From a virus, in IMG/VR virus record IMGVR_UViG_3300027759_000050, positions 64,001-128,000 of that record: 64,000 nucleotides of DNA; one strand, 5' to 3'. The notes beneath the pieces were generated by a model. That model had not been told where the DNA came from and ran no database searches. It saw only the letters and a list, made by a program, of their open reading frames with translations. The translations under genes and the position numbers were made by a program. Below, in pieces: positions 35,588 through 45,435 of this stretch (position 1 is the first letter of the stretch; each line of letters opens with the position of its first letter).

Positions 35588-36338
35588 TATCTGATCCTTT
35601 TGTCCAAGTGATTATTTCCCATTTACCGTCATGGTGTTCTACCAATGCAGTACAACTTTCAACCCAATCACCATCATTCATATAAACAACACCATTAATA
35701 TCCTTAATTTCCGCCTTGTGTATATGGCCACAAATTATACCATCATATCCACGTTTTTTGCAATAGTTAGATAGATTATACTCAAACTTGAACATAAAGT
35801 CAACAGCTTTTTTCACACGCTGTTTCAGATACTGACTTAAACTCCAATATCCAAAACCAAACTTATGTCTGAACCAATTAAATTTGGAATTTAAACTCAA
35901 AATTAAATCGTATGCTCTATCACCTAAGAATGCTAACCAAGGAGCCAATCTTGTGATACCATCAAACAAATCTCCATGAACAACAAGGTAATGTTTACCG
36001 TCAGCACCAATATGTTCTATTTGATTATGTATTTCAACTAGACCAAAACTGAATCCATAGGGAATCATAGGTCTTAGGAATTCATCGTGATTACCTGCCA
36101 CATACACTACTCTAGTCCCGCGCTTGGCATGGCCAAGAATTCTACGAACAACATTAGTGTGGCTTTGTTTCCACCTCCATTTGTTCTGTTGTATTCTCCA
36201 TGCATCAATAATGTCACCCACAAGATAAAGAGTGTCGCAACTATTATGTTTTAAAAAGTTATTCAATCTATCTGCTTGACAATCTTTGGTTCCTAAGTGA
36301 ACATCAGAAATGAATATACTTCTATATGTCTTTTGCAT
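35574..36338 (-). CDS. PlcP/LpxH-like metallophosphoesterase
   Basis: ISDVHLG, GDIID, GNHD, HGD, CGHIH, NDGDWVESCTALVE. Confidence 0.8.
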   Translation of the reverse strand: MQKTYRSIFISDVHLGTKDCQADRLNNFLKHNSCDTLYLVGDIIDAWRIQQNKWRWKQSHTNVVRRILGHAKRGTRVVYVAGNHDEFLRPMIPYGFSFGLVEIHNQIEHIGADGKHYLVVHGDLFDGITRLAPWLAFLGDRAYDLILSLNSKFNWFRHKFGFGYWSLSQYLKQRVKKAVDFMFKFEYNLSNYCKKRGYDGIICGHIHKAEIKDINGVVYMNDGDWVESCTALVEHHDGKWEIITWTKGSDNDAE

Positions 36339-36347
36339 TTTTTAAAT

Positions 36348-36593
36348 TTATGTTGTTAACCAAATTTCCAAATCGTTCTTAGTTTTCAAACCGGTCATTC
36401 TCTTAACTTCAATATTTTCATTCATCATTACAAGAGTCGGCACAGACCTAATACCAAACTCAACTGCAATATCAGAATATTTGTCAATGTCGATTATCTC
36501 AATTAAAGTATCTCCTTTGACTTCTTCTAAAATAGCAGCCATTGATTTACATGGCCTGCACCACTCTGCTGTGAATCTTAAAATTCTTTTCAT
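36348..36593 (-). CDS. Thioredoxin
   Basis: WCRPC, IRSVPT. Confidence 0.9.
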   Translation of the reverse strand: MKRILRFTAEWCRPCKSMAAILEEVKGDTLIEIIDIDKYSDIAVEFGIRSVPTLVMMNENIEVKRMTGLKTKNDLEIWLTT

Positions 36594-36594
36594 T

Positions 36595-37239
36595 TTATTT
36601 CTCCGTTAATTTATTAACAAATTCCAATAATAACTTATGGTGTCTGCCCTCATGCCAATATTGTTTTAATTTCTTGTTATCATACCACCATTCCAAAGAA
36701 TCTAAACAGGCACCCATAACACCAATTTTACCTTGTCTAATACACATTGGTTCTTTATTATAATATGTGCTTACTATTTCTGAATGACTAAGGTCTCCTA
36801 CAAACGTACAGCCGTCACGGAAGAATATTTGTTCTTCTTCACCTTCCCACATACAATGTGCAGCAATGTTAAAACTTCTCATGATGTCGGCGGTAGGCCT
36901 TTTGATATATTGTACAGGTTCTGCACCTTTTAAGATGTCAAAATAGTTTGGACCAGCCCAATAAGCACCAACACATATACCAAGATATGCGCCACCATTT
37001 TCAACAAATTTAGCTACTGCGTTTGCTCTTTTCCTAGGAAACATATGAAAATAATCATCTGCATCACCAACACCTCCAGGAAATGCCAACATATCAACAC
37101 ACTCAAATGTTTCTTCTGTACATTGTTCTTTTTTAAAGATTTTAATATTAAAATGTGGTGACAGTGCTTCAATCACACCATCAACACAAGATAGTGATTC
37201 TTTATTTCGGTCATCTTGGAATAGAGCTATAGTTTTCAT
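36595..37239 (-). CDS. Stand-alone BPL_N / class I GATase-like domain protein
   Basis: FPGG.G, FV..GG.YLGIC.GAY.A. Confidence 0.75.
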   Translation of the reverse strand: MKTIALFQDDRNKESLSCVDGVIEALSPHFNIKIFKKEQCTEETFECVDMLAFPGGVGDADDYFHMFPRKRANAVAKFVENGGAYLGICVGAYWAGPNYFDILKGAEPVQYIKRPTADIMRSFNIAAHCMWEGEEEQIFFRDGCTFVGDLSHSEIVSTYYNKEPMCIRQGKIGVMGACLDSLEWWYDNKKLKQYWHEGRHHKLLLEFVNKLTEK

Positions 37240-37481
37240 TTTATTAATCTCCGTCTTAAAATCATACCAACGAAAGTACCACAAAATGCACCTGCACCGG
37301 CGGGAATTAATAACCAATGGTCAACTGTATAATTTATAACTGCAACACAAGCAATAACGAAAACTATAGAAGCCCATATACTGGCATTAATTACTTTTTC
37401 TTCTTGTACCGATTTCAAATAGTAAGTATAAAATATGTCGGTAAAAAATACAGCAAAAAATGTCAGTATATACTCAAACAT
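37236..37481 (-). CDS. Small membrane protein
   Basis: Three hydrophobic segments, GAF.GT. Confidence 0.7.
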   Translation of the reverse strand: MFEYILTFFAVFFTDIFYTYYLKSVQEEKVINASIWASIVFVIACVAVINYTVDHWLLIPAGAGAFCGTFVGMILRRRLIK

Positions 37482-37483
37482 AA

Positions 37484-39268
37484 TTAACCTTCACAAGCTA
37501 TACAATCGTTACCTTGTGCAATTTGTGTCATATCTATTTCTTTAATGACTTGTCTTTCAATTCTCTTTGAAACTTTATCAGCTTTGCCAATCTTCTCTGA
37601 ACGGCAGTAGTACAATGTCTTCAATCCTTTTTTCCATGCCATAAAATGGATAGCATGAAGATATTTGATGTTAACGTCTGGCCTGAAGAATAGATTCAGT
37701 GACTGTGCTTGGTCAATGTATACCTGTCTATCGGCAGCCAAATCAATTACCCAACGCTGGTCAATTTCCATAGATGTTTTGAATACCGCTTTTTGATTTT
37801 CATCTAAGATATTCAAATGTTGGACAGAACCATCATTAGCAATAATAGAAGACCACACTTCATTATATTCTTCTTCTGTTTGTGTCAATCCTTTAATGAT
37901 TATATCAAGCCATCTGTTCTTATTTAAAAATGATCCAGATAAAGTGTCCTGACGGTAAGCGTTAGCACGGTAAGGCTCTATACTAGGACTAGTATTTCGC
38001 ATAATGATAGATGAAGAAGCATTTGGAGCAATAGCCATAAGATGACTGAAACGCTTGCCAGTACCAAGAGCATCTGGAGCTTCACCACGTTCTTTACCCA
38101 AAGTGAGATTAGCTTCATCTAATTTCTCTCTTATTGACTTAAAGATTCTATTGTTTGCGACCTTGGCCATAACTCCTTCAAAAGCGATTCCGTTTCGTTG
38201 GAGGTAGGCATGAAAGCCCAAGGCGCCAACGCCAATAGAGCGTTCACGAGCGGCAGAATACCTAGCACGTTGAATTGTATCAGGAGCATTATCAATAAAA
38301 TACTGCAAAACATTATCCAGCATTTCTGCAACATCTCTGAGAAATAATGGTTCATCTTTCCATTCATCGTAGTTCTCCAGATTTAACGAGGAAAGGCAAC
38401 AAACAGCTGTTCTTTCTTTATCTGTCGGTAAAATGATTTCTGAACAAAGATTAGATTGGTGTACTTTTAGTCCTTTGTCCTTCAACCATTGCGGAAGCAT
38501 TCTATTACTTGTATCAATGAAGTGGATGTAAGGTTCACCTGTGTGCATACGCAATTCAAGAATCTGTTGCCAAAGGTGTTTAGCTGAAACAGTTTCACGA
38601 ATTACACCACTATATGGATCAACTAGATTCCAAGAATCATCCGCTGTTGGATCCAACATACAGTTTTCAATCAACTGCATAAAGTCATCTGTGATATTTA
38701 TTCCGTGATGGAGATTCAAGCAACGAACATTTGGGTCACCTGTGGGCTTACGCATTTCTAGAAAAGCTGTAATATCTGGATGAGAAATATCAAGATAAGC
38801 GGCATAACTACCACGGCGAGTCCTACCTTGTCTATAAGCGAGAGATGATGCATCATAGATTTTAAGGTGGGGCATAACTCCAGTAGATTTATCATCCGCT
38901 GAGCGAATGCCAAAGCCGATGCCGACACCGCCGCCGAACATTGAGAGCCAATTTGTTTCAGATAGGTTGTCAACTAGACCCTCCGCTGTATCATCGATAA
39001 AATTAAGGAAACACGATATTGGAAGTCCTTTTTTAGAACGACCATAAGATAAAATAGGAGTTGAATAAGATAACCAGTGTTTTGAGGAATAGTCGTACAA
39101 TCGTTGAGTGTGAGCTGGGTCAGTTCCGAAGGCTGCGGAAACGAAGGCAAATCTTTCTTGTGGTGAAGTTTCATCATCTTTCATGTAAGACTCTTTAAGT
39201 CTTTTTATTCCTAATTCATCAAAGAGTTTATCTCTTTCTAAATCTATATTTATACCCATGTATTCCAT
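37484..39268 (-). CDS. nrdA: Class Ia ribonucleotide reductase alpha subunit (no ATP cone)
   Basis: PISC, GGGVG, RRG, SNLCSEI, APNASSS, LKTLYY, C-terminal CIAC. Confidence 0.95.
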   Translation of the reverse strand: MEYMGINIDLERDKLFDELGIKRLKESYMKDDETSPQERFAFVSAAFGTDPAHTQRLYDYSSKHWLSYSTPILSYGRSKKGLPISCFLNFIDDTAEGLVDNLSETNWLSMFGGGVGIGFGIRSADDKSTGVMPHLKIYDASSLAYRQGRTRRGSYAAYLDISHPDITAFLEMRKPTGDPNVRCLNLHHGINITDDFMQLIENCMLDPTADDSWNLVDPYSGVIRETVSAKHLWQQILELRMHTGEPYIHFIDTSNRMLPQWLKDKGLKVHQSNLCSEIILPTDKERTAVCCLSSLNLENYDEWKDEPLFLRDVAEMLDNVLQYFIDNAPDTIQRARYSAARERSIGVGALGFHAYLQRNGIAFEGVMAKVANNRIFKSIREKLDEANLTLGKERGEAPDALGTGKRFSHLMAIAPNASSSIIMRNTSPSIEPYRANAYRQDTLSGSFLNKNRWLDIIIKGLTQTEEEYNEVWSSIIANDGSVQHLNILDENQKAVFKTSMEIDQRWVIDLAADRQVYIDQAQSLNLFFRPDVNIKYLHAIHFMAWKKGLKTLYYCRSEKIGKADKVSKRIERQVIKEIDMTQIAQGNDCIACEG

Positions 39269-39280
39269 CTTTATTCCTTA

Positions 39281-39643
39281 TTATTTTTTCAAAATACTTT
39301 TAATATCAGGCGGAGTCCAACCTTCAGGTTTTAGAACTTTTCCATCTGCTCTTTTTAATACTTTTCCAGTTTCATCGTCAATTTTGGCCAAATTACTTCT
39401 TGCAACTTCATTCCAAACATCTTGTTGTGGAATTTGCAAAGTGTGTTCTAATCCCTCAATTACCCATTTTAAATCTGCACAACCATCTGCAATATCCACC
39501 ATATTTCCGCGAAAAAAGGCATTCATTAATTCATCAAACTCTTCCCGAATTAAGGCCATATAAAGGTTTGATTGTTTTCCAAATCCTGTTTCTTTTTGGT
39601 CACAAGCGTCCATAAATCGTTTAACATCATCAGAACTATTCAT
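39281..39643 (-). CDS. MazG/PRA-PH-like NTP pyrophosphatase
   Basis: LI.EE..E, D...DL, EV.RSN..K, DGKVLKP. Confidence 0.85.
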   Translation of the reverse strand: MNSSDDVKRFMDACDQKETGFGKQSNLYMALIREEFDELMNAFFRGNMVDIADGCADLKWVIEGLEHTLQIPQQDVWNEVARSNLAKIDDETGKVLKRADGKVLKPEGWTPPDIKSILKK

Positions 39644-40283
39644 TTGTATACTCCATAATCATTGGGAAAATTGGTTCAATTGCGGCCGCACATGCAAGAG
39701 CTATTTCTTGGTGTTCTTTCTGTGTTCCGTTTGCGCTTCGGAGTTGTATATAGTGGACCCATGACCTAAGGGTTCCGTTCATATACATGCGTGATTTTGT
39801 CATGCCTTCCGGTAAAATTGCACGAGCCTGTTCCTTTGCAATACCGTTGTCGAGGGCCCATTTGTATGTTTTTTGCACTTGTTCTAAAAGTTTATTTTGT
39901 TGAATTTGCCACATATCATCCAGTGTGAAGTCTGTACTAGGCAAACTATTTTGCCGATTTTTGGTATCTTGCAATCTTGCTTCACGCAATTCAAAACCAA
40001 GTTGTGATGCATCAGCATATCGTTGTGAAAACTCTTGGAATGAAAAAGAACGGTGACGCAAAATCTGCCTTGCAATGTCACGGGTTGTTTCAATCTCCAA
40101 ACACACCGAAACCACCTCCAACGGTGACCAGTGTTGATTGTTAATCAAGTATCTAACCAATTTCTCAGCAGTCTCTGAGTTGTTCTGGTTCGCTGGATTA
40201 GACACACGGGCCGCGTAGGCAACCTGGTCCATTAAACTTTTACCATCTACTCCCTGAGAGTATGAAATCAAATTTACATTCAT
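39636..40283 (-). CDS. thyX: Flavin-dependent thymidylate synthase
   Basis: H.SPLE, RHRSFSFQEFSQRY, KEQAR..LP. Confidence 0.95.
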   Translation of the reverse strand: MNVNLISYSQGVDGKSLMDQVAYAARVSNPANQNNSETAEKLVRYLINNQHWSPLEVVSVCLEIETTRDIARQILRHRSFSFQEFSQRYADASQLGFELREARLQDTKNRQNSLPSTDFTLDDMWQIQQNKLLEQVQKTYKWALDNGIAKEQARAILPEGMTKSRMYMNGTLRSWVHYIQLRSANGTQKEHQEIALACAAAIEPIFPMIMEYTNE

Positions 40284-41281
40284 ATTTTTTTCCAATTCAC
40301 AAATTCCATTTTAGCCCTAAGATTCACAAAGGTGTGTTTCTCCATTATATCATGTAATTCTTCAATGTCAAATCCAGTTAATACCATATCATTAATGTCT
40401 TTGTCTGTTATGATTCCTGGCCAGACAACGACATTGAAATGGTTATCGACTGCATGTTCCATCAATTTTACGATTTCTTTATTCCTAGGTTCATTGTCGA
40501 AAACTAGTACAATTTTTGATTTGTCCAAATACTCTGCGGCCGATTCCAGTGACGAACTGGCGACAGCTACAGAATTTTTAATAAACATTGAATCGATTGG
40601 TCCTTCAAAGACATATATTGGTTTGTCTTCGTTTACACGGTTGATACCAAACATGCGTGGAACATCGTCCATGAGTTTGATTGTGATGTAACGAATCTTT
40701 GACTGTCCAAGTGCTCGGCCTTGAAATCCAGTCAGGTTCCCTTCTTTATCATAGAAAGGGATGATTAGGCGTTTGTCGCCTTCCATAATATCTTTTTCAA
40801 CTTCAAACGAATCCACAAAAGCCTTGAAGTCATCCGAATAATATAACTGCGAATACATATTTCTTGGTATCATTCTACCCATAACATATTTCTTAGCATA
40901 GTGTTCATCTGGCAACGATTCAATTGTCGGCAAGTCCAATTTCTTGGAAAATACAGGTTTGACCTTCAGTTCTGAAAACTCAGGTTCAGGCGAATTGGTA
41001 TTTGCAGAGTTTTTATACCGTTCCATCTGGTATTCCTCAAGTAGATTAGGATCAACTTGTTTTAGGAAATTATAGAACGATGTGGATACACCACAATTGT
41101 GACACATATAGAAGTAGTCATTCTTCTTGCGATAGACATAACCACGGCATTTGCTTTTGTTTTTCTGTGAGTCTCCACAGAGAGGACACCGAAAATTATA
41201 GAGGTCATCTTTCTTCTTGGAGAACTTCTGTAATTTGGGTGATAGTTGTAATAGAAAATTTCTGTCAATGAAGACGCTCAT
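40280..41281 (-). CDS. 61: DNA primase (gp61)
   Basis: FRCPLCGDS, CHNCG, QGR, EGPIDS, FDNEPRN, KDINDM. Confidence 0.95.
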   Translation of the reverse strand: MSVFIDRNFLLQLSPKLQKFSKKKDDLYNFRCPLCGDSQKNKSKCRGYVYRKKNDYFYMCHNCGVSTSFYNFLKQVDPNLLEEYQMERYKNSANTNSPEPEFSELKVKPVFSKKLDLPTIESLPDEHYAKKYVMGRMIPRNMYSQLYYSDDFKAFVDSFEVEKDIMEGDKRLIIPFYDKEGNLTGFQGRALGQSKIRYITIKLMDDVPRMFGINRVNEDKPIYVFEGPIDSMFIKNSVAVASSSLESAAEYLDKSKIVLVFDNEPRNKEIVKLMEHAVDNHFNVVVWPGIITDKDINDMVLTGFDIEELHDIMEKHTFVNLRAKMEFVNWKKI

Positions 41282-41300
41282 AATAAACCAGGAAGTTAAG

Positions 41301-41726
41301 TTACTTTAAATTTCCTAGTAGTATATCAGGTCCTACATGAGAAAGCAACCATGTAACGACAATTATGCCACCAACAATCATCCACTTCCAATCTAGAAGT
41401 TGTTGGAGCTTTTCTTTTTCCTTGGCATTGTGAGCTTGCATTTCTGCTCGAAGGCCTTTAATTTCATCTAATAAAGTTTTTTCGGTATGTTGAACTTTAT
41501 CTAAAACTGTATCAATACGTCCATGTATCTCTTTAATGTCCATATCGGTCTCCACGCGCCTTTTATCAATATCATCATAGACCTTAGCTATGTGGCGGTC
41601 ATGTTGATCCACCAATTTTTCTATTACTTGGTCCATTTTGTTACAGAGTGTACAAATAGTTGTGACTTGCGTCTTTAAAATGCCCACATCTACTTGGACA
41701 TTCCTTAAATCGTCTGGTGTTGCCAT
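41301..41726 (-). CDS. Coiled-coil protein with C-terminal TM
   Basis: WKWMIVGG then TM; between lysis genes and primase. Confidence 0.7.
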   Translation of the reverse strand: MATPDDLRNVQVDVGILKTQVTTICTLCNKMDQVIEKLVDQHDRHIAKVYDDIDKRRVETDMDIKEIHGRIDTVLDKVQHTEKTLLDEIKGLRAEMQAHNAKEKEKLQQLLDWKWMIVGGIIVVTWLLSHVGPDILLGNLK

Positions 41727-41926
41727 TATTTTTTCTTTTTCTCTGGAACTTTAGTGCCATCCAATTTCTTATGAACTTTGATTTTTTTGCAAACACTTTT
41801 GATTTTTCCTTGAGCATTTTTTACTGTTCTGCAAACTTCTTTGGTTGCAGCCATTGTTGGTGTTACTGTTATAAGCAAGAAACATGCAAGGAAAAATAAA
41901 CTGACATAGTGTTTAATATTTTTCAT
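41726..41926 (-). CDS. Small secreted basic protein with two Cys
   Basis: Signal peptide; EVC...VCKKIKVHKK. Confidence 0.65.
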   Translation of the reverse strand: MKNIKHYVSLFFLACFLLITVTPTMAATKEVCRTVKNAQGKIKSVCKKIKVHKKLDGTKVPEKKKK

Positions 41927-41932
41927 AGGACC

Positions 41933-42319
41933 TCAAAGCATTGGTTGACTGGATTCAGGAACTGGACTTTTACGACCAACAACTGCTGTTGGTGTTTGAT
42001 TATTTATAATTGGTTGATTGTTAGGTGTTGGTGGTACAGGCGGAGCAACATAATTTGTTCCGCTTATTTTTTCCTGTGTTCTACCAAAAGCTGCAACACC
42101 TAATACAGCACCCATAGCGAGATGAAACAAACCTGCGCCTTGAAGTGTTAATGGTTGCCATTGACTTGTAACTTGGCCATGACTAAATGCTTGTAATAGA
42201 CTCCAGAGAATTGGAAATATTACAAAGTCACAGGTACACACCAACATGTACATCCATCCCATGGCTGGACGCCATTTAGCGTTCATCCAATCTTCTTTTT
42301 TATGAGTGTGTCGAGTCAT
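41933..42319 (-). CDS. Holin (3TM, GTA-type)
   Basis: WRPAMGW, LG..A.GRT.EK. Confidence 0.75.
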   Translation of the reverse strand: MTRHTHKKEDWMNAKWRPAMGWMYMLVCTCDFVIFPILWSLLQAFSHGQVTSQWQPLTLQGAGLFHLAMGAVLGVAAFGRTQEKISGTNYVAPPVPPTPNNQPIINNQTPTAVVGRKSPVPESSQPML

Positions 42320-43057
42320 TTAAACCTTCGTGTCTTGTGGTTTTTTTACAGGTGCCTTTTTAGCAACTATTCTTTTAACAGGTTTTTTATCAAGTACTTC
42401 TTTGTGTTTGATAACCATTACTAGTAAAATTAAACTTAAATTTATAACAATAATCATTGTCCATGCTGCTGTCATATAGAACAGATATTCCGATTGCAAT
42501 CTGTTCACTACCATTACATAGAATTCATTTGTAGTGTCAACAATTTCTTTCTTGTATTTTTTGTAATCATCTCCAAACATCAACATCTGTGCTTCTGTGT
42601 AGTGATGCATCATTATGTCAAAATTTGGTTCGGGTTTACCTTTGTCAATCCATGCAAACGCTTCAACCTCAAGTTTAGCAAGATTATTGCTTAATTGTTC
42701 CGCTTTCAATAACTTATCCAATTCAGTCTGTGAGAACGGTACTTCATTTACTCTGACTTTGAATGATTTTGTGATTCCGTTGTCATCTGCTAGTTCTCCT
42801 TTGCGAATTTTGAGGACATTGTTAAACTCTGTTCTCCATTGTTCGTTCTTGGTTGTTACGAAAAATCTAGCATAATTAGTTAAATCGTCTGATGATTTAG
42901 CCATAACATGACTAAGTGAAGCTGCATGGTTAAGAGTAGTCAGTTGCGTTTCAGCACTTTTGAAACAACTAAGAACAACCAAACTGCTTATGAATATAAC
43001 CCCCGCAATAACATATGGAGTTCTTTTAAATTCTAAAATTTCATCTAATATTTTCAT
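42320..43057 (-). CDS. 2-TM protein with MCP/histidine-kinase-type periplasmic sensor domain, no signalling domain
   Basis: SSDDLT..AR.+V.T, IR.G, E...L.KA...SN.LA.LE..AF, FG..Y...K..I; basic tail of about 30 aa only. Confidence 0.7.
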   Translation of the reverse strand: MKILDEILEFKRTPYVIAGVIFISSLVVLSCFKSAETQLTTLNHAASLSHVMAKSSDDLTNYARFFVTTKNEQWRTEFNNVLKIRKGELADDNGITKSFKVRVNEVPFSQTELDKLLKAEQLSNNLAKLEVEAFAWIDKGKPEPNFDIMMHHYTEAQMLMFGDDYKKYKKEIVDTTNEFYVMVVNRLQSEYLFYMTAAWTMIIVINLSLILLVMVIKHKEVLDKKPVKRIVAKKAPVKKPQDTKV

Positions 43058-43231
43058 GTTAATGTCTTCATTATTAAAGATAGTATCTGTTTGACTTCTG
43101 CTTGATAATTGGTAAGAATAACCATACCCACACCTAGCAACGCGGTTGGGAAACTTTTTGTAGCCGGCGATGGTGCCGGTGCTGGTTCAACTACTTTTCG
43201 TCTAGTAGTAACCTTTTTTGAAACCATTTTA

Positions 43232-43837
43232 TTAACCTAATACATGCAGAGCATGTTCATAGTGTTTAATTCTATCTTCTAGACCAATAGTTCCTCCATT
43301 GATTCTTTTTGTCAGTGTAACAATGTCACCTTTATCTGCCCATTGGTTTAAGTTATTGCTTTCCCAGAACCAGCATGCTGATTGTACTGCACCTTCAAAT
43401 GTACCAAGATACTCTGGCAATTCTTCAATATTCATTTCAAGACTATCAGCAAAATTCTGATAGTTATCTTTACCTGTCAACTGAATTAGTCCACGGCCAC
43501 AGTAACGATAACCATCACCAGATTCTTCAGGACCATTACCCATTCTATTTGCGTATACACGATTTGCAATAGCTTCTTGTTTACCTGCAAATTGTTGAGC
43601 TGATGATTCTGTGAAATATTTTGGAAATACTTTGCAAAGTGTTGCAGCTCTATAATTTAGATTCTCTTTTAACGCAGTGAAACCACCAGACTCATGTGAG
43701 CATTGAGCAATAAATGCTGCGATCCGATGTGGTGTATTAATCTCATAGTCAGGCAATAGTTGCTCTAATGCTTCATGCCATTGTTGAACATATTGATTGT
43801 TTGGAAGAAGTTGTTGTAGTTGTTCTAGTGTAATCAT
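43232..43837 (-). CDS. GH19 (chitinase-like) endolysin
   Basis: AAFIAQ..HESGGF..L.ENLNY, GRGLIQLTG..NY, T+RINGG. Confidence 0.92.
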   Translation of the reverse strand: MITLEQLQQLLPNNQYVQQWHEALEQLLPDYEINTPHRIAAFIAQCSHESGGFTALKENLNYRAATLCKVFPKYFTESSAQQFAGKQEAIANRVYANRMGNGPEESGDGYRYCGRGLIQLTGKDNYQNFADSLEMNIEELPEYLGTFEGAVQSACWFWESNNLNQWADKGDIVTLTKRINGGTIGLEDRIKHYEHALHVLG

Positions 43838-44118
43838 TGTAACTCCTCAAATATTTTCTTTTGTTTATTAAACCATTCAATCAATCCACTATTATTAGCA
43901 GAACAATCTTTGTATTGTTTGTAGTTTTCTGTTATTGTTTTTGAAATGTCACTTAGTTTTGATTCATCTGGTATTTTCTTCAACGGAGGACATTGTACAT
44001 TCAGTTCTTCCGGAATAGAAGGAAAATTAACTGTTACAGGAACAGTTGTTGAGCATCCTGTAATAAGAATCAGTATTGTGATAAAAATATAAATGGTGAA
44101 TAATCTAACTAAGTTCAT
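43834..44118 (-). CDS. o-spanin (Rz1-like lipoprotein)
   Basis: ITGC lipobox, Pro-rich, NY..Y..C. Confidence 0.8.
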   Translation of the reverse strand: MNLVRLFTIYIFITILILITGCSTTVPVTVNFPSIPEELNVQCPPLKKIPDESKLSDISKTITENYKQYKDCSANNSGLIEWFNKQKKIFEELQ

Positions 44119-44540
44119 TCTGCGGCCTTATTCAAAGATTCAATGAATTCTTTAGGCATTTCACAAGGTCCACCTGGCAGAAATTTGGTATCATATTTGA
44201 CAACTTCTTTGTCAATGTACTTTATAATTTCTGCACCTTTTTGTTTGATGAATTGTTTTTGATAAACAACTTTCTCAACAACTTTGACTGTCTCTATTGC
44301 AGATTTATTTTCAGCTACAACAACTTTAGCTTCCAATTCGGCGACACGTTCTTTCCATTTTTTGTTTTCAGAAATGCCACCAAACATATACACAGAAAAC
44401 AATAAAACAACCACACAAACAACTTGTATGAGTGTCTTATGCATTGGTGCAAAAATGGATAAGATTAATCCAAATAGACTCAGAAAGAATGGAACATAAA
44501 AAACCCAATCAGGTAAGAAATCCAATAACCACATAAACAT
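44115..44540 (-). CDS. i-spanin (Rz-like)
   Basis: N-terminal TMs, coiled coil, C-terminal C.+P. Confidence 0.75.
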   Translation of the reverse strand: MFMWLLDFLPDWVFYVPFFLSLFGLILSIFAPMHKTLIQVVCVVVLLFSVYMFGGISENKKWKERVAELEAKVVVAENKSAIETVKVVEKVVYQKQFIKQKGAEIIKYIDKEVVKYDTKFLPGGPCEMPKEFIESLNKAAE

Positions 44541-44542
44541 GA

Positions 44543-44920
44543 TTACATCCTTGGTGGAGCTCTATGACCCATTGGTTGAAGGACCACTTTTCTTTTCTTT
44601 TTCAGATAAACACCAGGTTCACCACCTTTGCCACCTGAACCTGCAATAGCACCAGTACCTACAACATTGGTAGGACCCGGAACAGCTATACCGTCTTCTT
44701 TCATATAGCTTTCTTTGATGTTTGCAATGTAATTATAATCATCCATTGTTAGAGTTCCTTTATTGCGTATATCAATAAGTCTCTCTACGACACGGTGTAG
44801 GTCCATGTCTGATTTAATATCTTCTCTTGCTAATTCTAAAACACGAATCATCAAAGGAATATCTAATGCGATTGTGTCTTTCTTGTCAGCTTCAGTTACA
44901 AATTGTTTGAATGATTTCAT
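44543..44920 (-). CDS. Putative internal head protein
   Basis: N-terminal MKSFKQFVTE resembles the T4 capsid-targeting sequence. Confidence 0.65.
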   Translation of the reverse strand: MKSFKQFVTEADKKDTIALDIPLMIRVLELAREDIKSDMDLHRVVERLIDIRNKGTLTMDDYNYIANIKESYMKEDGIAVPGPTNVVGTGAIAGSGGKGGEPGVYLKKKRKVVLQPMGHRAPPRM

Positions 44921-45435
44921 TAGCAATTCCATTTTCTTAATGCTAATGCTTTGCGTGAAGGTTCACCATTAGGTTTTTTCATTGCACCTTTCATACCACC
45001 CATTCTAGCACAAAATGATTTACGGCGGTTGGCTGCTTTAGAACCTGGTTTCAATTTTGATGGCTTTGTAGTCACTGCCATACTTAACTTTGAACCTGGA
45101 TTTTCACGGCGGTATGATGCAATACCTTTGCGGTTTAAACCACCTTTTGGATCTTTTCCTTCTTTACGGCGCCATGCCGCAGATTCATATAGTTCTTCAT
45201 CCGATACATCTGCAAGTTCTTCCCAAATGATTTCAGGATCAATATGGTGTACTTCTGAGATTTCCATGACCAGTTCTTCAATAATATCAAACATTGCTTC
45301 CACTTCTTCTGGAACACAATTAGGAACTGTTCGACCACCCTTTTCTTTAGTGCCGACTGGATGATAACCAGTCCAACAAGGGTTTGTGTTTTTTAAGGTC
45401 TTTTTTTCTTCCAGGAATTGTTTGAATGATTTCAT
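44920..45435 (-). CDS. Putative internal head protein (PCW.GY...VPNC plus RRKSFCARM domains)
   Basis: MKSFKQFLEE start; motifs common in T4-like late genes. Confidence 0.7.
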   Translation of the reverse strand: MKSFKQFLEEKKTLKNTNPCWTGYHPVGTKEKGGRTVPNCVPEEVEAMFDIIEELVMEISEVHHIDPEIIWEELADVSDEELYESAAWRRKEGKDPKGGLNRKGIASYRRENPGSKLSMAVTTKPSKLKPGSKAANRRKSFCARMGGMKGAMKKPNGEPSRKALALRKWNC

